Assembly (NCBI RefSeq): GCF_001457595.1 | Contig: NZ_LN831039.1 | Span: 5,520,001-5,552,000 of the forward strand | Direction: 5' to 3' | From: Mycolicibacterium smegmatis | GTDB lineage: Bacteria > Actinomycetota > Actinomycetes > Mycobacteriales > Mycobacteriaceae | Length of the DNA stretch: 32,000 bases | Position numbers and translations under genes: made by a program | The notes under the pieces: model-generated | Seen by the model: only the letters and a program-made list of their open reading frames with translations | Database searches by the model: none | What the model was told of the DNA's origin: nothing | Part shown: positions 20,437-27,887 of the stretch, in pieces | How the letters are laid out: each line of letters begins with the position of its first letter | Numbering within the stretch: the first letter of the stretch is position 1

Positions 20437-20507
20437 TGTCCACAGGCCACCTCTCCCGACATGCGCCACGGCCCGATGATGTCGGTGCCGCCCCGGACGA
20501 TGCCCGC

Positions 20508-21449
20508 ATGTACCCATTCATCGGCACCGAGGCCATCGCGGCAGGTGAGCTCACCCGCGGTCAGTTGCGGTGGAACTACACAGCGATTCACCCGAACGTG
20601 TATGTGGCAAAAGACGTCCGCCGATTTCTCAGCACCTACGCCTCGGCCGCGTGGCTGTGGACAGGCCGGACGGGAATCATCGCCGGGGAGGCTGCTGCCG
20701 GGCTGTACGGCGTGCGGGGTATCGATCCCGAAACACCTATCGAGATGATCGGCAGGCGCCGCCGCGAACGCCGTGGGGTGATCATCCGCGAGGAACGCAT
20801 CGATCCCGCGGAAGTCAGCACCGTCATGAATCTTCCCGTGACGTCACCTGCCCGCACTGCGCTGGATCTGGGACGTCGACTACCGCGAAGCCGCGCCCTC
20901 GCGCACCTGGATGCGCTTGCGGGAATCACCGGGGTGACCATCGACGAGGTTCTGGCCCTCGCCGACACGTATGCGGGGGCGCGCGGTGTGCGGCAGGCCC
21001 GCGACATCGTCGAATTGATGGACGGCGGTGCGCAGTCGGCGCGGGAGACACAGGTGCGCCTGATCCTCCTCGACGCCGGGCTACCGAAGCCGAAGACGAG
21101 TCTGGTTCTCGCAGATGACGACTGGGAGACCTTCGTGCCGATGGGCTGGCCCGACGCCAAGGTCGCGGTGGTCATCGACGACGACCCCGACACCTCGGAG
21201 TGCGGGATGGTGGTCAACGCCGCGCACGATGAGTGTCTGCAGCGGTTGGGCTGGTTTCGCGTGCGGGTGGTACCGCGTCACTCACCACGCTCGATCCTCT
21301 ACCGCGTGCGGCGAGCGTTGATGAGGCGGGGTGCCCTGTACCCCTACAACGGGTCCCTCGCGGCCGGACAGGACATACAGCGCGGTCCGCCACGGCCGGT
21401 CCCGAGCTCCGACGCCGGGATCGCCAGCACCTCGATACCCGAATCCTGA
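20508..21449 (+). CDS. AbiEi_4-like N-terminal wHTH domain fused to a DUF559 / restriction-endonuclease-like domain (actinobacterial paralogue family, function unknown)
   Basis: 313 aa from ATG 20508 within ORF 20436..21449. The N-terminus [32 protein letters not shown] is the typical opening of this family. [25 protein letters not shown] resembles the DUF559 core. The last ~35 aa run antisense into arcA. Confidence 0.6.
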   Translation: MYPFIGTEAIAAGELTRGQLRWNYTAIHPNVYVAKDVRRFLSTYASAAWLWTGRTGIIAGEAAAGLYGVRGIDPETPIEMIGRRRRERRGVIIREERIDPAEVSTVMNLPVTSPARTALDLGRRLPRSRALAHLDALAGITGVTIDEVLALADTYAGARGVRQARDIVELMDGGAQSARETQVRLILLDAGLPKPKTSLVLADDDWETFVPMGWPDAKVAVVIDDDPDTSECGMVVNAAHDECLQRLGWFRVRVVPRHSPRSILYRVRRALMRRGALYPYNGSLAAGQDIQRGPPRPVPSSDAGIASTSIPES

Positions 21450-22552
21450 AGCCGGGCATTGGTCACCGAATTGCGTTCATAGGCCACGACGACACCAGGG
21501 GCCAAGGCAAGGGTGTTGTTGCCGTCGTCCCACTGCTCGCGTTCGGCCGTCACGGGATCCAGGCCCGTATCGATCACGCGCAGTTTGTCGATGCCCATGG
21601 CCTCTGCCGCGGCGTCCACGAACCGCTGGGCGTCGCTGATGTGCACGCCGCCGGCGTCGTGGCGAATGGTGAACGCCGACAACGAATCGACGATGTTGGG
21701 GTACATCACCACGGCGTCGACGTCGACCATCGTGCACACGGTGTCCAGGTGCATCTGCGCACGCTCCTGCGCGATGGGCACCGCGAGCACGGTGTGTGCG
21801 AGCGCGTCGTCGAACAGGCTGCGCGCCAACGCTTCCGCACCGGCGGGCGTCGTGCGCTCCCCCACCCCGACCGCGACGACGCCGGGGGCGAGCAGCAGCA
21901 CGTCACCGCCCTCGACCGGGGCGGAACGGGACTCGTAGGCACGTCGAACGCCGAGGAACCGCGGGTGGTGGGCGTAGATGACGTCGGTCAGCGAGGTCTC
22001 GCGGTGCCGGGCGGGCAACGCCAGCGACGTGATCGCGACGCGCGGCCCGATCCAGAACGACGAGTCGCGGGTGAACAACAGGTTGGGCAGCGGGTCGATC
22101 ACGAAGTCGCCGCCGTGGTGCATGCGGCGCACAAGAGAGAGTTCCTTGCCGCTGAACGGCAGCTCGTTGAACGTCATCCCCGCGATCAGGACGTGCGCCA
22201 GGGCCGCGGGTTCGAGTGTGCGCAGATGCGCCGAGAGTTCCTGCGCCAACGGCACACCGAGCCGGCGCGCGTCCACGGCCGCGGAGATGCCGTGCATGCG
22301 GGCTGCCCCGCTGTGGGCCAGTGCCTCGGTGAGCAGATCCGCCACCAGCAGCACCTCGACGCCGCGGGAGCGCAGCATCTCGGCGAACTGATCGTGTTCC
22401 TCCTGGGCCTTGGACACCCACGGCAGACCGTCGAACAGCAGGGCGTCGTTGTTGCGTGGCGTCAGGCGTTTGAGTTCGGGGCCCGGCCGATGCAGGATCG
22501 CGACGCGCAGCGTGCCCACCTCGGAGTCGACACCCAACACGACATCAGTCAC
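21344..22552 (-). CDS. arcA: arginine deiminase
   Basis: 402 aa from GTG 22552. [29 protein letters not shown], and the C-terminal catalytic-Cys motif [17 protein letters not shown]. Confidence 0.95.
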   Translation of the reverse strand: MTDVVLGVDSEVGTLRVAILHRPGPELKRLTPRNNDALLFDGLPWVSKAQEEHDQFAEMLRSRGVEVLLVADLLTEALAHSGAARMHGISAAVDARRLGVPLAQELSAHLRTLEPAALAHVLIAGMTFNELPFSGKELSLVRRMHHGGDFVIDPLPNLLFTRDSSFWIGPRVAITSLALPARHRETSLTDVIYAHHPRFLGVRRAYESRSAPVEGGDVLLLAPGVVAVGVGERTTPAGAEALARSLFDDALAHTVLAVPIAQERAQMHLDTVCTMVDVDAVVMYPNIVDSLSAFTIRHDAGGVHISDAQRFVDAAAEAMGIDKLRVIDTGLDPVTAEREQWDDGNNTLALAPGVVVAYERNSVTNARLQDSGIEVLAIPASELGTGRGGPRCMSCPAARDPL

Positions 22553-22575
22553 GTTAGAACGGTAACCCCATTTTC

Positions 22576-22595
22576 ACCTGAAGTAAGGTTTAGGT
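22576..22595. promoter_or_regulatory. SoxR-box-like imperfect palindrome ACCTGAAGTAAGGTTTAGGT
   Basis: 14/20 positions match the E. coli soxS operator ACCTCAAGTTAACTTGAGGA as I recall it. It lies in the 46-bp arcA-soxR divergent gap. On the arcA strand it is flanked by ATGACA (-35, 22600-22595) and GAAAAT (-10, 22575-22570) with a 19-nt spacer. Confidence 0.5.
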
Positions 22596-22598
22596 GTC

Positions 22599-23030
22599 AT
22601 GGACATGCACGAACTGACCCCAGGTGAGCTCGCTCAGCGCAGTGGCGTCGCGGTGTCGGCTCTGCACTTCTACGAGCGCGAAGGTCTCATCACGAGCCGT
22701 CGCACATCCGGCAACCAGCGCCGCTACGCCCGCGAGACGCTGCGCCGCGTGGCGTTCATCCGGATGTCCCAGCGTCTCGGCATACCGCTGTCCCGCATCC
22801 GCGAGGCACTGTCGACGCTGCCCAACGACCGCGTGCCCACCAGCAAGGACTGGGCACGCCTGTCGGCGGGTTGGCGCCAGGACCTCGACGACCGGATCAT
22901 GCATCTGCAACGCTTGCGCGACAACCTGACTGGCTGCATCGGCTGCGGCTGCCTGAGCCTCAAGACGTGTCAGCTGACCAATCCGGGAGATGTCCTGGCC
23001 GAACGCGGACCGGGCGCCGCACGCCTCTGA
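22599..23030 (+). CDS. soxR: redox-sensitive MerR-family transcriptional activator SoxR ([2Fe-2S])
   Basis: 143 aa. [38 protein letters not shown] is near-identical in pattern to E. coli SoxR. The cluster motif [19 protein letters not shown] is present. Confidence 0.92.
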   Translation: MDMHELTPGELAQRSGVAVSALHFYEREGLITSRRTSGNQRRYARETLRRVAFIRMSQRLGIPLSRIREALSTLPNDRVPTSKDWARLSAGWRQDLDDRIMHLQRLRDNLTGCIGCGCLSLKTCQLTNPGDVLAERGPGAARL

Positions 23031-23063
23031 CACATCGAACGTGTGTGCGATACACTCGCGCGC

Positions 23064-23660
23064 ATGGAGCTGGCGGTGCAAGGCTCGTTGTTCGAGCATG
23101 CCGAACGTCGCCCGCTGGGCAATGGCGCCTGGATCGAGCTGCGTTCGGGCTGGTTGGCTGACGCCGATTCGCTGTTCGAAGAGCTCATGGACACCATCCC
23201 GTGGCGTGCCGAGCAACGCGAGATGTACGACCGCGTGGTCGACGTGCCACGGCTGGTCAGCTTCCACAATCTGGTCGATGAGCCCGCGCCGCACCCGCGC
23301 CTCAAGCAGATCCGCCGCAGGCTCAACGACACCTACGGCCGCGAACTCGGCGAACCGTTCACCACAGCCGGGCTGTGCCTGTACCGCGACGGCGACGACA
23401 GTGTGGCCTGGCACGGCGACACGATCGGCCGCAGCCGCACCCGCGACACCATGGTGGCGATCGTGAGTCTGGGCGCGACACGGGTTTTCGCGCTACGTCC
23501 CCGCGGTGGCGGTCATGCCCTGCGCCTGCAGCAGCAACACGGCGATCTGCTGGTGATGGGCGGATCGTGTCAGCGCACGTGGGAGCACTCGGTCCCGAAG
23601 ACCAGCAGGCTGATCGGGCCGCGGATCAGCATCCAGTTCCGCCCGCACAACGTCCGCTGA
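23064..23660 (+). CDS. Fe(II)/2-oxoglutarate-dependent dioxygenase, AlkB-like (Rv1000c-like)
   Basis: 198 aa from ATG 23064; GTG 23043 is also possible. Facial triad WHGD ... WEHSV and 2OG-binding RISIQFR (Rx5R). Begins 34 nt after the soxR stop. Confidence 0.78.
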   Translation: MELAVQGSLFEHAERRPLGNGAWIELRSGWLADADSLFEELMDTIPWRAEQREMYDRVVDVPRLVSFHNLVDEPAPHPRLKQIRRRLNDTYGRELGEPFTTAGLCLYRDGDDSVAWHGDTIGRSRTRDTMVAIVSLGATRVFALRPRGGGHALRLQQQHGDLLVMGGSCQRTWEHSVPKTSRLIGPRISIQFRPHNVR

Positions 23661-23673
23661 CGCGTCCCCGCAC

Positions 23674-24351
23674 TTATCCCCGGACCGCGGCCACGGCCGC
23701 CGAAAGCAGTTCACGGGCACGTTCCGTGTCGACCTTGGCCACGGGCTTGTCGGGCAGCACCAGCGGGTTGGCGGTCACGATCACCATGTAGTTGTCGAAG
23801 CTCGCGACATAGTTGTAGAGCTCACCGGTGCGCGGCTGCCCCTGGATCATCGTCTGGATGATGCGGTGCGTACCGACCGTGCGGGCGTCGTCTATCTGCG
23901 GCGATTCGACGACGTCGACCTGCCCGCGCGCGCCTGTCCCGAGGAACTTCACGCGCTTGCACTCGTCACCGGGATCGCTCAGCGGGACGGGCTCCGAGGT
24001 CTCCACGGCCATCACGATGAACCGGTTGCCCTCACCCTCGGCCGCGGTCGCGGCCATGTTGCCCTGCAGTCCCGGCGGAAACTGTTGTCCCTCGGCGAAC
24101 TTCGCGCAGTCGGCGGGCTCGAACTTCACGCCCTCGGGCAACTTCTGCGGTGACAGCAGCTTCGGGTCGATACCGGTGGGCGCGACCTCGCTGACCTTGA
24201 ACTCGGGGCCGAACGACGATTTCAGCTGAGCCACCTTGGCGATGTCGGCGTCGGGATACGCCGGCCCGTCCGAACTGCAGCCTGCGAGCGCCATGGCAGA
24301 CGCCATCAGGCCCGAGGTGACGAGTGCCAGGGTGCGGGTGGGGTTGGACAT
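23674..24351 (-). CDS. lipoprotein of unknown function (DUF5642-like), paralogue of the next gene
   Basis: 225 aa from ATG 24351 inside ORF 23674..24666. Signal peptide plus lipobox LALAGCSS. Conserved Cys pair (PADCAKF, GDECKRV). C-terminal ELLSAAVAAVRG resembles the neighbour's ALLVKTVSALRG. Confidence 0.75.
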   Translation of the reverse strand: MSNPTRTLALVTSGLMASAMALAGCSSDGPAYPDADIAKVAQLKSSFGPEFKVSEVAPTGIDPKLLSPQKLPEGVKFEPADCAKFAEGQQFPPGLQGNMAATAAEGEGNRFIVMAVETSEPVPLSDPGDECKRVKFLGTGARGQVDVVESPQIDDARTVGTHRIIQTMIQGQPRTGELYNYVASFDNYMVIVTANPLVLPDKPVAKVDTERARELLSAAVAAVRG

Positions 24352-24380
24352 CGCGGGTAAATGTACCCGGCGCACGCGGT

Positions 24381-25061
24381 TCAGCCCCGTAACGCCGACA
24401 CGGTTTTCACCAGTAACGCGGCCGCGAAGCCGGCGTCGAGCGCGGGGTTCGGCGATCCCGGATCGGTGATGACGGTGACCGCGCAGCGGTGGTGCTCCGA
24501 CTCGGCCGCGAAGGTGTCGGCGCGGCTCTGCGTCTCGGTGCCGCCTTCGACGACGGTCACGATGGTCGCGGACATGCCCGCGGTCCGCGCTCCGTCGATC
24601 GCAGGCGCGTCCAGGCGCGTCACGGTCGCGGTGGAGTGCCCGCCCGTCACGGTCCACACGCCGCACTCGGCGTCCTGGATCGGCGCGGTGACATCAGCGA
24701 CGACGGCGTAGACGATGCCGCCCGGGCCGGACGCGGTCCAGCCCCGCGCACTCGCGGGATCGACGGCGCCGAGCGCGGCCTGGCCACATTCCGGTGGCGC
24801 GGCGCCCCAGCCCGCACCGAAGCCCCACTGTGAGACCGGGTCGACACGGCCGTCCAACCCGCTGACCTCGTAGCCGGGCGGTAGGTCGTAGCGCACCCGG
24901 TCGATTCTGGCCGGGTCGACCGGCCCGCGGGCGCTGGTCGGACGCGGCGCAGACGACGCGGCGGGTGGGGCCTGCTCGCCGCAGGCCGCGATGACGGGCG
25001 CCGCAGCGATGCACATCGCGACGGCCACCGCACAGAGGCGCACGGCGCGTTGATACCACAC
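24381..25061 (-). CDS. lipoprotein of unknown function (DUF5642-like), paralogue of the previous gene
   Basis: 226 aa from GTG 25061. Lipobox VIAACG and Cys pair (PPECGQA, DAECGVW). The block order is collinear with 23674..24351. Confidence 0.7.
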   Translation of the reverse strand: MWYQRAVRLCAVAVAMCIAAAPVIAACGEQAPPAASSAPRPTSARGPVDPARIDRVRYDLPPGYEVSGLDGRVDPVSQWGFGAGWGAAPPECGQAALGAVDPASARGWTASGPGGIVYAVVADVTAPIQDAECGVWTVTGGHSTATVTRLDAPAIDGARTAGMSATIVTVVEGGTETQSRADTFAAESEHHRCAVTVITDPGSPNPALDAGFAAALLVKTVSALRG

Positions 25062-25157
25062 GAGTTGCTACCCGGAAGAGTCCTTGCGCACATGTCGCGC
25101 GTCAATTTCGGCGAGGTGCCGCACGGAACCGGAGCACAGTGAACTAGGGTGCGGGCC

Positions 25158-26129
25158 ATGTGCACTCGGGTTCTGTGGAACAGCAACAAGTTGGCCGTGT
25201 TGAGCGGACGCAGCATGGACTGGCCGGAGTCGACCGAACCGCTCATCGTGGCGTTTGCGAGCGGACGCGACCGTGACGGCGGGCTGCTGGCGGGTCATCC
25301 GGTGATCCCGGAGAATCCCCTGCGCTGGACCAGTCGCCACGCGAGCCTGGCGACCACGGTGTACGGCCTGGGAACCGTCGACGGCATCAATGCCGCGGGC
25401 CTCGGCGTCCACGCGCTGTACCTCAAGTCGACCGATGTCGGCCCACGCAATCCGGACCTGCCCGGCCTGCACACGGGCCTGTGGGCGCAGTACCTGCTGG
25501 ACCAGGCCGCCACTGTCGAAGAGGCGCTCGCGCTCATGCAGGACGTCCAGTTGGTCATGGTCGGCGCCCGCGGGCGCGAGGCCACGCTGCACCTCGCCAT
25601 CGAAGACGCCACGGGCGACTCGGCGATCCTGGAGCTCGAGGCAGGCAAGCTCGCGGTGCACCACGGCAGGCAGTTCACGCTGATGACCAACGACCCCACC
25701 TACGACGAGCAACTCGCACTGCTGGCCAAGCAGGACTTCTCGCATCCCACGCGTGAACTGCCGCTGCCCGGCAATGTCAACCCCGTCGACCGGTTCCAGC
25801 GCGCGGCCTACTACTCCGCGCTGCTGCCCGAGCCGACGGGCATCCGGCAAGGCGTCGCGAGCGTCATGGCGATCATGCGCAACGTCTCGGTGCCGTTCGG
25901 CGCGCCCTACGGTGAATTCGGCGTCTACAACACCGAATACCGCACGGTGAGCGACCTGACCCACAAGCTGTACTTCTTCGAACTCAGCACCAGCCCCAGC
26001 GTCATCTGGGTCGAATTCGACCATCTCGAACTGCCCGCAGCCGGGCAGGCCGTCGCGATCGACCCCTACGACGAGACCCTCACCGGAAACGTCACGGACC
26101 GCTTCACGCCGCGCGAACTCGCGTTCTGA
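25158..26129 (+). CDS. linear-amide C-N hydrolase, choloylglycine hydrolase / penicillin V acylase family (Ntn hydrolase)
   Basis: 323 aa from ATG 25158. The N-terminal MCTRVLW places the nucleophile Cys at position 2, as required for Ntn hydrolases. SGRSMDW and NDPTYDEQL blocks are typical of the family. Confidence 0.8.
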   Translation: MCTRVLWNSNKLAVLSGRSMDWPESTEPLIVAFASGRDRDGGLLAGHPVIPENPLRWTSRHASLATTVYGLGTVDGINAAGLGVHALYLKSTDVGPRNPDLPGLHTGLWAQYLLDQAATVEEALALMQDVQLVMVGARGREATLHLAIEDATGDSAILELEAGKLAVHHGRQFTLMTNDPTYDEQLALLAKQDFSHPTRELPLPGNVNPVDRFQRAAYYSALLPEPTGIRQGVASVMAIMRNVSVPFGAPYGEFGVYNTEYRTVSDLTHKLYFFELSTSPSVIWVEFDHLELPAAGQAVAIDPYDETLTGNVTDRFTPRELAF

Positions 26130-27635
26130 TCACGCGGCGTCGTCCGCTCGGGCCGCGGGCTTGTCCGCGTTGTCCGTGTCCTTGTTCCCAGCCGCCGGGC
26201 CGGCGTCGTGCGACGACGCCGGTTTCGGGCGCTTGGGGGTCAGGGCGCTCAACAACCGCTTGAGCGGGCGGTCGCCGGTGGCCTTGCGGATCGTGGGGAG
26301 CTTGGGTGCGTCGAAACTGATGGGTCCGCGCACCTTGGGCCGCAACGGTTTCGGTGATGCCTTCTTGGTGTCGGCGACGGGCGTCTCGTCCTCGACCGCG
26401 GGTTCGTCCTCGACGACGGGCTCGGGTTCCGCAGCGGGCTTCGCCAGATCCTTGCGCTCGGTCTTCTCGACGACGGTCGTGTGCGACGACACAGGCAGCG
26501 TGGGCTTGGCGAGTGAGATCACGCCCGCGGGAAGACCTTTCAGTTCGGTGTCCTCGCCGCCGACACCGAAAACACCCGACGGTTGGGTGCCCAGTGGCCG
26601 GCCGTGCCCGAGTTCTTCCATGGCGTCGTCGACACCGACCGGGATGGCTGCGATGAAGTTCCGGGTGAGCGTGATCGGGTTGACGATCGGGATCAGACGG
26701 GCCGGCGTCGGCGCACCGGGAGCGATGTCGCGGCGGTAACCCGCCTCAACCAGCACGCGCAGGGGTTCGTCGACCGCGAGCAGGATGGGTCGTGGCACGC
26801 CGATGGTCTCCAACGGCATGAGCAGCGGCATGATGTCGGTGCCGATGACGAAATACTCGGTGTCGCCGGTGCTTCCGACCGGAACCAGGTCGGGCCTGTC
26901 GAGTTCCGGATAGGTGGGGTGCAGCACCGCGATCCCCGCCACGGCGTTGGCGAGCGCCAGGACGTTGAGTGGATAGACGGGGAAGTCGGACCAGCCGTCG
27001 TGCACGAACGAGATGCTCTTGGTGTCGAAGGCGTACCCGTCACTGTCGGTGCGGGTGGCGCCGTCGAACGTCACCCCGAGGATCGGGATGTGCCATCCGG
27101 GAAAGCGCGCCATCACGCCGCCGTTTCCCTTCGCAACGTCGGACACCAGCACGTAGTTGATGTCGACGGCGTAGTCGCCGTCGGCGATGCGTCTGTTCTT
27201 GTCCGCCGTGAGAATCCGCGTGCTCGACGAGTACCCGAGGATCACCAGCGGACTTCCGAAATGTCCCTCTTTGGCCATCTCCGCCTGCAGTGCGGCCAGG
27301 CCCGCGACGGTCGATTCGTCGAAACTCATGGAACCGTAGACAGGCCAGAAGTTCTGGGGCGTGTGCACGGCGTAGCGGTACTCGCCGGGGAACTCGGCAC
27401 CGATGTAGTTGTCGGTCTGCCCATTGACGTATTCCGGTGGCGGAGCAGGGGTTCCGGTGCCACCGATGACCAGCGCGCGCGGATGGCTGAGCAGTAGATG
27501 CGCCGCGGTGGACATGGATGTGGACACGCACAGCACAACCACTGCGACAAAGACCAGAAATGCTGCACTCAGCGAATGAAGCAGGCGCCCCACCCTCGAC
27601 CCCTCCCCGACGGGACTGCATATCCACGGCAACAC
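26130..27635 (-). CDS. PE-PPE (C-terminal) domain serine-hydrolase-fold protein with N-terminal membrane anchor and Pro/Glu/Lys-rich tail
   Basis: 501-aa ORF from GTG 27635. ALVIGGTGTPAPPPEYV ... VILGYSSST (GxSxS pentapeptide) matches the PE-PPE domain pattern. Hydrophobic N-terminus LSAAFLVFVAVVVLCV. The last ~130 aa are low-complexity. Confidence 0.72.
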   Translation of the reverse strand: MLPWICSPVGEGSRVGRLLHSLSAAFLVFVAVVVLCVSTSMSTAAHLLLSHPRALVIGGTGTPAPPPEYVNGQTDNYIGAEFPGEYRYAVHTPQNFWPVYGSMSFDESTVAGLAALQAEMAKEGHFGSPLVILGYSSSTRILTADKNRRIADGDYAVDINYVLVSDVAKGNGGVMARFPGWHIPILGVTFDGATRTDSDGYAFDTKSISFVHDGWSDFPVYPLNVLALANAVAGIAVLHPTYPELDRPDLVPVGSTGDTEYFVIGTDIMPLLMPLETIGVPRPILLAVDEPLRVLVEAGYRRDIAPGAPTPARLIPIVNPITLTRNFIAAIPVGVDDAMEELGHGRPLGTQPSGVFGVGGEDTELKGLPAGVISLAKPTLPVSSHTTVVEKTERKDLAKPAAEPEPVVEDEPAVEDETPVADTKKASPKPLRPKVRGPISFDAPKLPTIRKATGDRPLKRLLSALTPKRPKPASSHDAGPAAGNKDTDNADKPAARADDAA

Positions 27636-27887
27636 GACGGCACCCCGTGAGAGTTATCGCCGAACTCGATACGGCGCGCGCTGACCAGGATCTTGCCTGA
27701 AACCGGCGGTCAAGAAAAGCCGGAAACGGAACCGCGAGAGCAATCTTTGCATCCGCAAACAAGTTTCGTTGAAAACGCAACCGAAACAAGATCATGCAAT
27801 TCTGGCAAACATAATCGCCGTGTCGCCGTATCATCTGCTTACGCCACTTACGGGTGTGCCAATTCCCCTACCGACGGGAGCCCCCCG

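Noticed and set aside
20076-20591. 171-aa minus-strand ORF (and the 74-aa ORF 20293..20517) spanning the twin repeats
   Set aside because: The indel between the repeat copies shifts the minus-strand frame, so the two copies encode unrelated peptides. It overlaps the start of the plus-strand AbiEi-like gene and has no motif or SD.
21233-22627. 464-aa plus-strand ORF
   Set aside because: It is antisense to arcA, whose arginine deiminase motifs are unambiguous. It has Arg/Gly/His-rich shadow-frame composition.
27758-27765. AACAAGTT as a KstR-type operator (TnnAACnnGTTnnA) near lipid-hydrolase-like genes
   Set aside because: Only the inner AAC-NN-GTT core matches. The outer T and A positions are G and G, so it does not satisfy the consensus.
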